A stretch of 64,000 nt of DNA, taken from positions 192,001 through 256,000 of the forward strand of contig OZ245046.1 in NCBI GenBank assembly GCA_965224245.1. The letters are read 5' to 3'. Each line of letters opens with the position of its first letter. Position 1 is the stretch's first letter. The stretch is from Candidatus Eiseniibacteriota bacterium. Lineage in GTDB: Bacteria > Eisenbacteria > RBG-16-71-46 > CAZAMP01. Made by a program: the position numbers and the translations under genes. Below, one piece after another: positions 40,730 through 50,547 of the stretch. Below the pieces are notes generated by a model, which searched no databases, was not told where the DNA came from, and saw only the letters and a program-made list of their open reading frames with translations.

Positions 40730-42070
40730 ATGCGATCCAAGAGCTTGCTGATGGCCATCGTGCTGCTACTGCCCCTGGCCGCGTGTACGCAGAACGAGAC
40801 CGTTGCCCCGGCGGCAACGGCGCCCCCGCCGCACCAGTCGGACCAGCCGGACCCGCCGGACTCGTCCGACGGTCCGCTCACGTTGCGCGAGATCTCGGGC
40901 CTGTGGCTCCTGGAGAGCGGCAGCATGATGTCGGACTTCGTGGCCGGCCTGGCCACGTTCACCATCACCGCCGACGTGACCGCGATCCGGATCGGCACCG
41001 ACGGCACCGGCAACGTCTGGCTGCGTGATCGGCTCACCGGGACCAAGGACTGCGTGCAGGCGTACGTGATCTTCGACGACACCGACGGCTCGCTCGTGTT
41101 CGACTTCGCGGCGGAGAAGACCTCCGACGTGATCTTCAACATTGCTTTGGATCGCTACACGTACGTGTACCCGATCGTCACGTCGGAGAACGGCTGGCTC
41201 GGTATCGGCGACCCGAACGGGCAGATCGCCATCTTCTCGAGTCAGCTGTCTCTACCGGCCGACGTGGTCTGCGACGAGTTCGACGTCACCGCACAATACA
41301 CCGTACCTGCGCCTCAGTACTTCGGCGACATCGCGTACTACCTCGGCGTGCTGGTATTCAACAGCGGACAGGGCGGCCAGATCGAGACGTTCGACCCGTT
41401 CACGGGCTTGCTCGGGACGCCGCTCGGACCCACCAGCAGCCGGCTCGTGCAGACCGCGCAGGGCCTGTACTTCTGGACCCACTGCGGCTGCGGCGGAAGC
41501 CGCGACGCCTTCAAGCGCACGATGACCTCGGTCTACGACACCGTCAGCAGCGAGGATGAGATGGGCGGTCCGATCACGTTCCGGGCCATGGCCTACGTAC
41601 CGTCGACCGATCGGCTGTGGCTGCACGGGCGTCCGTTCGACTCCCAGTACGGTCAGTTCTTCATCATGAACACCAACGGCGAGCCGGATGTCATCGAGGA
41701 CACGATCTCCTTCAACCGTGACCTCCGGGGCCTCGCGTTCGACGGAACCGATCTCTGGGGAATCGTGACCGTGGCCAGCCAGTCGGTCGTTCGCATCGAC
41801 CCGACGACCGGCGATGTGCTCCAGAGCTTCGAGGTGCCCGACGTCGACGTGTCCTGGTCCGGGATCGAGGTGGTCGGCGACACCCTCTTCATGCTGGGCA
41901 CCGACCTCGGCGGAAACGGCGTGATCTACGAGATGGGCATGACGCCGCTGCGGGTTCCGGCAACCCCCGACGCGGACGATGCGGAGCTGATCGCGGAGAT
42001 GCCGGCCGGCTTCGAGGCTCGGCTGCAGTCGCTCGTGTCCGACCTGGCGATGGTCCAGCCCGCCCCGTGA
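40730..42070 (+). CDS. Lipoprotein with HCGCGG motif and C-terminal beta-propeller, paralog 1
   Basis: Lipobox LAAC; GLAFDGTDLW and RIDPTTG propeller blades; 446 aa. Confidence 0.9.
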   Translation: MRSKSLLMAIVLLLPLAACTQNETVAPAATAPPPHQSDQPDPPDSSDGPLTLREISGLWLLESGSMMSDFVAGLATFTITADVTAIRIGTDGTGNVWLRDRLTGTKDCVQAYVIFDDTDGSLVFDFAAEKTSDVIFNIALDRYTYVYPIVTSENGWLGIGDPNGQIAIFSSQLSLPADVVCDEFDVTAQYTVPAPQYFGDIAYYLGVLVFNSGQGGQIETFDPFTGLLGTPLGPTSSRLVQTAQGLYFWTHCGCGGSRDAFKRTMTSVYDTVSSEDEMGGPITFRAMAYVPSTDRLWLHGRPFDSQYGQFFIMNTNGEPDVIEDTISFNRDLRGLAFDGTDLWGIVTVASQSVVRIDPTTGDVLQSFEVPDVDVSWSGIEVVGDTLFMLGTDLGGNGVIYEMGMTPLRVPATPDADDAELIAEMPAGFEARLQSLVSDLAMVQPAP

Positions 42071-42286
42071 GCGGAGCTCATCGCAAGCCTCTCGATCGCG
42101 CATCCCTCATCGGGGCGTCCAGGACTGGACGCCCGTCTTCTCGACGCGCCTCGGCCCCGATGGGGGCGAGGCGTTATTCGTCATGAGTCGTATATATTAT
42201 TGATGTTGAATGATTTACGGCGTTGCATGAGTGCGTCGGGGCAGCGCCCGGGGGCCGCGTTCGCGAGGACCCGCAGCCCCCGAGAA

Positions 42287-42327
42287 ACTTTGCAGGTTTC
42301 GCCGCCGGATTTCGAACTGACGACCAG
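42287..42327 (+). promoter_or_regulatory. Conserved bipartite upstream element, copy 2
   Basis: Same two blocks as 40648-40688 with a diverged 10-bp spacer. Confidence 0.65.
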
Positions 42328-42369
42328 TTGCGCTGAACACTCTGTCGATGAACCGCCAGGAGATGACCG

Positions 42370-43710
42370 ATGCGACTCAAGAACCTCGTGACGACCCTCG
42401 TGCTGCTGCTGCCCTTGGCGGCGTGTACGCAGAACGAGACCGTTGCCCCGCCGGCCGCGGCCGTCCCGGACGCGCCCGATCAGCTCGACCAGCCGGATCC
42501 GCCGCACAGCGGGACCACGTTGCGTGAGCTCTCGGGCCTGTGGCTTCTGGAGAGCGGCAGCATGATGTCGGACTTCGTGGCCGGTCTGGCCACGTTTACC
42601 ATCACCGCCGACGTGACCGCGATCCGGATCGGCAACGACGGCACCGGCAACGTCTGGCTGCGTGATCGACTCACCGGAACGAAGGACTGCGTGCAGGCGT
42701 ACGTCATCTTCGACGACACCGACGGCTCGCTCGCGTTCGACTTCGCGGCCGAGAAGACGACCGACGTGATCTTCAACGTGGCCCTCGAGCGCTACACGTA
42801 CGTGTACCCCTTCGTCACGGTGGAGAACGGCTGGCTCGGCATCGCCGACGCGGAGGGGCAGATCGCGATCTTCTCGAACCAGGTGTCGCTGCCGGGCGAC
42901 GTGACGTGTGACCAGTTCGACATCGCGGCGACGTACGACGTGCCGTCGCCACAGTACTTCGGCGACCTCGTGTACTACGTCGACCAGCTGATCTTCAACA
43001 GCAACCAGGGACAGATCGAGGCGTTCGACCTCCTCACCGATACGCTCGGATCGCCGCTCGGACCCACCAGCAGCCGCCTCGTGCAGACCGCACAGAGCTG
43101 GTTCTTCTGGACCCACTGTGGCTGCGGGGGCAGCCGTGACGCGTTCATGCGAAACCTGGCGTCCGTCTTCGACACCGTCAGCAGCGAGGACGAGATGGGG
43201 GGTCCCATCACGTTCCGGGCCATGGCCTACCTGCCGACGACCGATCGGCTCTGGCTGCACGGGCGTCCCTTCGAGGGCCAGTACGGTCAGTTCTTCATCA
43301 TGGACACCAGCGGGGAGCCGGACGTCATCGACGACACGATCGCCTTCAACCGTGACCTCCGCGGCCTCGCGTTCGACGGAACCGATCTGTGGGGAATCGT
43401 GACGGTGGCGAGCCAGTCGGTGGTCCGCATCGATCCGCTGACGGGCGACGTCCTGCAGAGCTTCGAGGTGCCCGACGTCGACGTGTCCTGGTCGGGGATC
43501 GAGTCGGTAGGTGGCGAGCACCTCTACATGCTCGGTACGGACCTCGAGGGGAACGGCGTGCTGTACAAGCTGACGACCGACATCGCGCTGGGCGTTCCCG
43601 ATGCCCGCACCGCCGGCACCGAGGAGCAGTCGACGGAGATGCTGGCCGCGTTCGAGGCACGCTTCCAGGCCCAGGTGGCCGGGATGGCGATGGTCCAGCC
43701 CGCCGAGTGA
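42370..43710 (+). CDS. Lipoprotein with HCGCGG motif, tandem paralog 2
   Basis: 446 aa; long stretches identical to paralog 1. Confidence 0.9.
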   Translation: MRLKNLVTTLVLLLPLAACTQNETVAPPAAAVPDAPDQLDQPDPPHSGTTLRELSGLWLLESGSMMSDFVAGLATFTITADVTAIRIGNDGTGNVWLRDRLTGTKDCVQAYVIFDDTDGSLAFDFAAEKTTDVIFNVALERYTYVYPFVTVENGWLGIADAEGQIAIFSNQVSLPGDVTCDQFDIAATYDVPSPQYFGDLVYYVDQLIFNSNQGQIEAFDLLTDTLGSPLGPTSSRLVQTAQSWFFWTHCGCGGSRDAFMRNLASVFDTVSSEDEMGGPITFRAMAYLPTTDRLWLHGRPFEGQYGQFFIMDTSGEPDVIDDTIAFNRDLRGLAFDGTDLWGIVTVASQSVVRIDPLTGDVLQSFEVPDVDVSWSGIESVGGEHLYMLGTDLEGNGVLYKLTTDIALGVPDARTAGTEEQSTEMLAAFEARFQAQVAGMAMVQPAE

Positions 43711-43792
43711 TGATGGTCCCTGGTGTGGTGGATCGGGCGTCCGGTCGGCGGGACACCGACCACCCGCCTCCAGGCGGAACGACGTAGACACC

Positions 43793-43836
43793 GGCCGCCG
43801 GCGGCGATCGATCTCGGTCGCCGCCGGTGGCCTTTT
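43793..43836 (+). terminator. Intrinsic terminator
   Basis: 18-bp GC-rich stem (43793-43810/43815-43832) followed by TTTT. Confidence 0.75.
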
Positions 43837-43895
43837 CTCGTCTCCGCGCGACCCACCACGACGATCAGCTCGATCGAACCGGTCGGGTCGTCGGT

Positions 43896-45386
43896 TCACC
43901 GGCGGGAACCGTCGTCGAGCGCCTCGAGCGCCTCGCGGAACGTCGGTGGCGGGGTCGTCAGCCGCATGATCCACCGAGTGGACTCGAACGGAGAGCGGAA
44001 CACCTCGGCGAGATTGACGCCGGGGTCGATGAGCGGCTGGTACGGCCGGCCGTTGAGGGTGGCGATCGCATCCACGCGAACGTCGATTCGTGTGCATCCC
44101 TGGGCCCTCAGTCGTGCGGCCTGCCAGTGACAGAGCTGCAGGATCATGTCCGGTGTCTGGGCCACCTTCCGATACTGCCAGTGGTGAACCCAGAATGATC
44201 GGTCGCTCGGCAGTGGAAGATCTCGAGACTCGTATCGCCCCTGGGGATCGAGGTACGAGACACGTACCCGACGCACATGGCCGCTCTTGGCCCGGAGCAT
44301 CATGCGCCACGCGAAGTCGTGCCCGTGATCCGTCCAGTTCGTCACGCCGGGGTACAGATGGTGGCGAAGGGGCACGAGGATCTGAACGATGACGTAGGCA
44401 CCGACGAGCGTGGCGGTGAGTCGGTGTCGGCTCGCATGTCGCGACGGCGATGGCTCGACGGGCCGTACCGGAGCACCCGGATCCGGATCCGGCGACGAGT
44501 CGTACGTCGACTCGGAGTTCGATTCTCGTGCCGCCGTCGGACCCCGGGCGGGATCATGAACCACACGCCTCGCAAACGGGAGCCGATCGGGGAAGAACAG
44601 CACGTACGTCGCCCCGATCATGAACCAGGGGAAGATGTCGATCCGGAACAGCGTCGCGTTGGTGAGGTGGAACGCGGTGGCGAACGTGAACGCGAGCACC
44701 CGGGTGCGTCTCCAGAGCAGCAGCGGCACGACCAGGAGATCCAGTAAAAGCCCCCCCCAGCTCATGAACGGTGCGATCCAGTCCGTCGCGAAGAGCGGTC
44801 CCACGATCGGACGATCGACGTTGGTCCGGAGCTCGCTCAAGAGTGCGAGACCTCGCAGCCACTCCCGGTCGATCTTGGCGATCCCGCCGAACACATAGGG
44901 CAGTGATACCTGGAAACGCAGAAGCCACAACGTCCACGTCGGTGCCGTTCCGGCCCTCGTGGTCGGACGCCGGAGGGCATCCAGCGAGCCCGCCCGGTGC
45001 GCCGGGACGAGGATCAGGAGGAACGCGATCAGCACGTTCAGGTAGTAGTGGTTGAGATAGCGGGCCTGCTCGATCAGAAACAGGTGCGCCAGTCCGACGC
45101 ACAGGAGCACGATCGCGGCCCGATGGAAGAGCCCGACGGTGACGAGCGCGGACAGGACCGCCAGTGCCGCATAGTGCCAGTACATGCCGTCTCCCGGCCA
45201 CGGGTGAACCCACCCGAAGCCCGGATACGTGAAGTGCTGGGCCGGCGAGACGTAGTAGCGCTCGATCAACCCGTGCCGGTAGTACAGCCAGATCAGTACG
45301 AGATTGAGGGCCCCAAAGATCACGCGCAGGTAGACGAGAAAGACGATGCTCGTGGGCTCCAACGCGCGGCGGACGAGACGGCTCAC
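43896..45386 (-). CDS. HTTM-domain vitamin K-dependent gamma-carboxylase-like protein
   Basis: YLNHYY, GGIAK, FHLTNATLFRIDIFPW and FAWRMML motifs; many TM segments; start approximate. Confidence 0.9.
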   Translation of the reverse strand: MSRLVRRALEPTSIVFLVYLRVIFGALNLVLIWLYYRHGLIERYYVSPAQHFTYPGFGWVHPWPGDGMYWHYAALAVLSALVTVGLFHRAAIVLLCVGLAHLFLIEQARYLNHYYLNVLIAFLLILVPAHRAGSLDALRRPTTRAGTAPTWTLWLLRFQVSLPYVFGGIAKIDREWLRGLALLSELRTNVDRPIVGPLFATDWIAPFMSWGGLLLDLLVVPLLLWRRTRVLAFTFATAFHLTNATLFRIDIFPWFMIGATYVLFFPDRLPFARRVVHDPARGPTAARESNSESTYDSSPDPDPGAPVRPVEPSPSRHASRHRLTATLVGAYVIVQILVPLRHHLYPGVTNWTDHGHDFAWRMMLRAKSGHVRRVRVSYLDPQGRYESRDLPLPSDRSFWVHHWQYRKVAQTPDMILQLCHWQAARLRAQGCTRIDVRVDAIATLNGRPYQPLIDPGVNLAEVFRSPFESTRWIMRLTTPPPTFREALEALDDGSRR

Positions 45387-45694
45387 GAGCCGTGCCTCAC
45401 CGAGGTGCGCGCAGGCGCCGCGACGCATGCGGAGGTCTCGTGGCGACCGAGCCTCGGTCGACGGGCTCTCGGAGGTCGTGACATCGGCGGCACACCTTCT
45501 CGCTCCGATCGTGCGACCGACCGCACGACGCGCGAGTCTATCATCTCGAGATGACGATGGGTGCCACGCCGGACGGTGTCGCAATCCGGCGCGCCGACCA
45601 CCCGGGACTCGGGGACGAAGGTCGCCGGCTGTTCGGAGTCCCACGCGAGAACGAGGATACCGAGCAACAGCCCGAAGCTGAGCTGCAGACGCAT
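45383..45694 (-). CDS. Small hypothetical protein with signal-like N-terminus
   Basis: GGGAGG RBS; MRLQLSFGLLLGILVLAW; its stop overlaps the HTTM gene start (GTGA). Confidence 0.45.
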   Translation of the reverse strand: MRLQLSFGLLLGILVLAWDSEQPATFVPESRVVGAPDCDTVRRGTHRHLEMIDSRVVRSVARSEREGVPPMSRPPRARRPRLGRHETSACVAAPARTSVRHGS

Positions 45695-46548
45695 GTTTGC
45701 CTCCCGGAGATGCGAGGATGCGAGGATGTGGCGGTGCACGGCTGGCGGGGGAACTCCAGCGTCCGTCACCGGCTCGGACGCCCTGGCCGGGACAGGCGAC
45801 GGCGGTCGGCTCGCAACGAGGATGCATCCTCATCCAGTACGCCGCCGGGCATCGCGTCGGCGCAGTCCCCCCAGGGTCGTCGGGGGATGGACCCGTGTGG
45901 GTTCGCTCCGGTCGTGTCGAGATTCTCGCGCTGCGGCGATGGATGCCGCGGCAGGCCGATCGAAGTGGAGAGACCCCCGGCGCCACCGCTGCAGACCGGA
46001 CGCCGGGGGCGAGTGGCGTGCTCCCCGCCGCGCGATCGATCTGCGGCTCCAGGCGCAGCTTGGGCACAGGGGAGGCACGTACCTGATATCGGGTGCGTGC
46101 GGCGACACCATGAGAAGACGCGGGGACGAACTCGTGTTGGGCGTTCCGGGTCCAGCGGGTCGTTCTCGCCGCCTCGGCGACATCCAAACGCACCACGTCC
46201 GCGTCGTGACGTCGACTCGCTGGGTGCCTTACGCACTCGACCGACGATGAGGACAGGGGATCCGGCCAATTCGGGGACCGGCCCGCCGCGGATCTTTCGC
46301 GAATCGTGTGTGCAGCCCAGGATCTGCCCGCGTCCCGACCGCCGACTCAAAATGGCGAGATCGAATCCAATGTCACGGCATTCGAGGAAGATGATGCCAT
46401 TGCATCATGGTGCCCCTCCGCCGAGCCGTCCGACGATGACACGTCACTCCGCGAGGATCGAGCCGCGCGGACCGCCAGGACGGGATCCTCATCAGGGATC
46501 GCTCCTCGACGCCGATCGAGAGCCACGTGGTCACCAAAGGAGCAGGCG

Positions 46549-48215
46549 ATGCGGGATGGCGTTGGTTACTCGCTCGACCGGGCGCTCGTCGGGATGCTGG
46601 CAGCGATAGCCGTCCTCGCGGCCGCGGAGGCCGCTGCCAGCCCGGGGGAGGTGCTCACGCACCAGAAGATCAGCTCCACCGCGGGCGACTTCGTCGGTCC
46701 TCTGGACGCCGGTGACCGGTTCGGGATCTCGACCGCATCGCCGGGAGATCTCGACGGCGACGGCATCGGGGATCTGGTGGTTGGCTCCTGCGGTGACGAC
46801 GACGGCGGCAGCATGTGTGGCGGACTCTGGATCCTGTTCCTGGACGGGCGCGGCGTCGTCAGGGCCGAACAGAAGATCAGCAACACACAGGGGGGGGCTC
46901 GGCGACGTCCTGGACAGCGGGGACCAGTTCGGCTACTCGGTCTCTTCGCTCGGCGACCACGACGGTCCCGGCCCGAGCGCGTGCACGCTGGCCGTCGGGG
47001 CACCTGGCGACGACGGAACCGGTGCGGTCTGGATCCTCTTCCTGAACCGCGACGGAACGGTGATGTCTCGACAGGTCATCGGTGGCACCGAGGGGGGGCT
47101 CGCCGGTGAGCTCGAGATCGACGACCACTTCGGAGCGGACGTCACGTCGATCGGCGATCTCGACGGCGACGGCGTGCGGGACCTGGCCGTGGGCGCGTCG
47201 TCCGACGACGACGGCGGGGTCGACCGTGGCGCCGTGTGGATCCTCTTTCTCGACTCGGATGGAACGGCCAAGGCGAGCCAGAAGATCGCCAGCGACGCCG
47301 GGGGCTTTTCCGGCACGCTCGACGACGGCGATCGGTTCGGAGCGTCGGTCTGCTCGCTCGGCGACTTCGACGCCCGGTTCGGCACCGGACTCACGCTGGC
47401 GGTCGGCGCGCCGGGCGACGACGACGGTGACCTCGACGCGGGTGCCGTGTGGTTGCTCTTCGTCGATGCCGACGGAACCGTGAAGCGTCACCAGAAGATC
47501 AGCGAGACCGAGGGCGGGTTCTCGGGTGATCTGAACGTCTCCGACGCGTTCGGCGGGCGCGGCTCGATCGCGTCACTCGGCGATCTGGACGAGGACGGCA
47601 CCGGCGACATGGCGGTGGGCGCCTGGCTCGACGACGACGGCGGACTTCGGAGCGCTGTGGATCCTCTTCCTCGAGCCCGACGGCAAGGTCGAATCTCATC
47701 AGCTGATCAGCGACACCGAGGGCAGCTTCTTCACCGCGCTGGACATCGAGGACCACTTCGGAGCGTCCGTGGCCTCGCTGGGCGATCTCGACGGCGATGG
47801 ACGCAGTACGGTGGCCCTCGCCGTGGGAGCGGACGCGGACGACGATGGCGGTGAGGATCACGGCGCGATCTACATCGTGTTCCTCTGCGGCTTCGGCGAC
47901 CCGTGCGTGGTCGCCGTGGATCCCGCGAGCGTGCCACCGCCGGCGATGCACCTCATGAGCCGACCCAATCCGTTCGGGGTCTCCACGACGCTCCGGTACA
48001 CGCTCCTCGAGGCGGGCCAGCCGCGTCTCGACATCTACGATACGGGCGGGCACCGTGTCGCCACCGTGGCGAGCGAGAAGCAGTCCGCCGGCTCACGCTT
48101 CCTGACCTGGGACGGTCGGAACGGAACGGGTGAACCAGTCGTCGCAGGTGTCTACTTCGCCAGGTTGACCACCGGCACGGCGACGATCTCGTGCAAGATC
48201 GTCCGGAGTCGCTGA
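46549..48215 (+). pseudogene. FG-GAP (integrin alpha) repeat protein with CTD, two frameshifts
   Basis: GDLDGDG..LAVGA..DDDGG..GAVWIL repeats spread over three frames; shifts at the G8 run 46890-46897 and at about 47642. Confidence 0.85.
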
Positions 48216-48263
48216 CGTCGACGGACATCCGCGGGCCTCTGCCGTCCGGGGAATGCCGGAGGA

Positions 48264-48530
48264 TCACGCGAGCACGACGAGCTTCCGCGTCTCGGAGTAT
48301 CCTCCGATCTCCACGCGAAGCGGGTAGATCCCGGACGGAACGCGGTCTCCGTCCGTCGTGCGACACCGAAACCCCTCGACGTGCGGCCCCGTACGCCTTC
48401 GACCGGCGTTGAACGGGTCGGCGACCAACGGCCATTCCGCCTTCGTCGTCACCCGCCGATTGCTCGATCTCCGCTCGCGTACAGAGTCCATCGTGGCGAC
48501 CTCCTGACTCCCGCGCGTCAGCTCCATGCA
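48264..48530 (-). pseudogene. Orphan degraded CTD remnant
   Basis: DGDRVPSGIYPLRVEIGGYSETRKLVVLA with no intact upstream domain. Confidence 0.5.
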
Positions 48531-48755
48531 CGTCGACCGAGGCCCGATGATCAGGGTCCGCGAGGCTGGCTCCCGAGAGCCCTCGTGTGCCCGGCTCGGA
48601 TCCGCCGGCCACGACCCATCTGAGCCGCCGGTCGTCTTCGCCGGACCCAGGATGCAGTCCGGTTCCGCTGAACCCCGCTCGGTGGTCACGACCTCCAGCG
48701 TCTTGCCGGGAGTGCCGAAGTATGAGTGGTGGAAAACCGTCTAGCCAGGGAGCCG

Positions 48756-50489
48756 ATGATGAACGCCCTTCCATCACATCTCGTGTCGCACATGTACCGC
48801 GCGACCCCGTCGCTCGTGCTCGGCGCCGTGGTCGCCGTCTTCAGTCTCGCCGGATGCAGCAAGTCGACCGATCCGGAGCCGGTGGACCCGCATCCCTCGG
48901 GAATCGCGCCCGAGCGCGGTGGCATCGGGACCGAGGTCCAGATCTCCGGGTCGGACTTCGAGTCCGGCATCCGGGTCTGGTTCGGTGACGTCCAGACCCC
49001 CGTCGAGCGACTCTCGTCGTCCACGTTGCGGGTACACGCGCCCGAGGGGCTCGAGGCGGAGACGACCTATGACGTGACGGTCGTGAATCCCGGAGACGGC
49101 ACGGCCACGCTGGAGGCCGCGTACACGGTCGTCACCCCCGAGCTCCGGGTCGTGAACGGGGTGACGCGTCCCAGCGGTCAGGCCGGCAGCCTCGTCATCC
49201 TCGAGGGGTACGCGTTCGGTGATCTCGTCGAGCTCGGAGCGGTGTTCTTCACCGACGCCGGCGGCATGCCGATCGAGGCGAGCGTCGAGCTCGCGGAGAA
49301 CTGGACCGACGGTCTCGTTGTGGCCACCGTGCCGGGGTCGGCCGAGTCGGGGCCGGTCTGGATCGAGACGCCGTCGGGAACCTCGAACAGCGTCGAGTTC
49401 ACGATCAGCCAGTCGGCGACCTTCTCGCCGTCCGAGATCAACTGGACGGCGACCTCGGCTCTCCCCTTCTCGGTGCAGGGGCACGCCGCTGTGTTCGCGA
49501 CCCTCAGCAGCGAGACGGTCGAGGCCAACCGCATCTACGTCACCGGTGGCGCGGACGGTACCGCCGCTCCCACCACCGGCGTCGCGTTCGCGGACGTCGG
49601 TGCGACCGGCGAGGTCACGGCATGGACGACCGCCCCCGATCTCCCGGGTGGGCGAGCGTTTCACAAGTCGACCATGGCCACGCCGTTCAACGCGTTCATC
49701 AACGACACCACGTCGGCCGGGCACCTCTACGTGGTCGGTGGGCTCGACGATGCCGGGATGCCGACGACCTCGGTGCTCCACGCCACCCTCTCGACCGACG
49801 GTGAGCTCTCGGGCTGGCTCGAGGACACGCCGCTGCCGGAGCCGCTGCATTCGATGGGCGTGACGCTGTTCCGCTCGTGGGTCTACGTCGCGGGAGGAGC
49901 CGGCCCCGAGAACCTGCCGGTCTCCTCGGTGTACCGCGCGCACGTCGAGTTCGATGGTGCCCTCGGCCCGTGGGAGCCCCAGACCGCGCTCCCGACCGCT
50001 CGGGCCTACGCGCCCCTCGTCCAGTTCGCCGGCGCTCTGTATCTCGTGGGAGGTGACACCGAGGCCGTCGAGCCGAGCTCGAACGACACCGGCACTCGCC
50101 TCTCGTCCATCGTTTACTCGCGGCTCGACCTTCGCACGGCGGTTCTGTCCAGCTCGTGGACGGCGAACGCGTCGGAGCTCATCAAGCCCGTCTCGAAGCA
50201 CTCGGTCATCGTTGCGGGCTCGGCGATGCTCTCGAGCGGTGGCATCTACAACGGTGCCGGTAGCTCGGCCACGGAACATCAGTACAGCGAGTTCCGCGCC
50301 GACTACACCCTGGGCTCGTTCAGCGGTGCCACCGGCTCCCAGACCATCGCCGCAACCGGGGCGCCTCCGTTCTACAACCACTCGGCCATCACGTACGTGG
50401 ACGGCTCCGGAGCTGCACACGTGGTGATCCTCGGCGGTGCCGACGTCGACGACGCCTCCACGGTGCTCTCGGGAACGTACTACTACTGA
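48756..50489 (+). CDS. Lipoprotein with IPT/TIG domains and Kelch repeats
   Basis: Lipobox LAGC; ISGSDF..VWFG and YDVTVVNP motifs; Y(V/L)xGG Kelch blades. Confidence 0.88.
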   Translation: MMNALPSHLVSHMYRATPSLVLGAVVAVFSLAGCSKSTDPEPVDPHPSGIAPERGGIGTEVQISGSDFESGIRVWFGDVQTPVERLSSSTLRVHAPEGLEAETTYDVTVVNPGDGTATLEAAYTVVTPELRVVNGVTRPSGQAGSLVILEGYAFGDLVELGAVFFTDAGGMPIEASVELAENWTDGLVVATVPGSAESGPVWIETPSGTSNSVEFTISQSATFSPSEINWTATSALPFSVQGHAAVFATLSSETVEANRIYVTGGADGTAAPTTGVAFADVGATGEVTAWTTAPDLPGGRAFHKSTMATPFNAFINDTTSAGHLYVVGGLDDAGMPTTSVLHATLSTDGELSGWLEDTPLPEPLHSMGVTLFRSWVYVAGGAGPENLPVSSVYRAHVEFDGALGPWEPQTALPTARAYAPLVQFAGALYLVGGDTEAVEPSSNDTGTRLSSIVYSRLDLRTAVLSSSWTANASELIKPVSKHSVIVAGSAMLSSGGIYNGAGSSATEHQYSEFRADYTLGSFSGATGSQTIAATGAPPFYNHSAITYVDGSGAAHVVILGGADVDDASTVLSGTYYY

Positions 50490-50547
50490 TCGGATCGAGC
50501 CGGGTCACACCGCGGTCATCGACCGCGGTCGGCTCGCGGGGGGCTCG

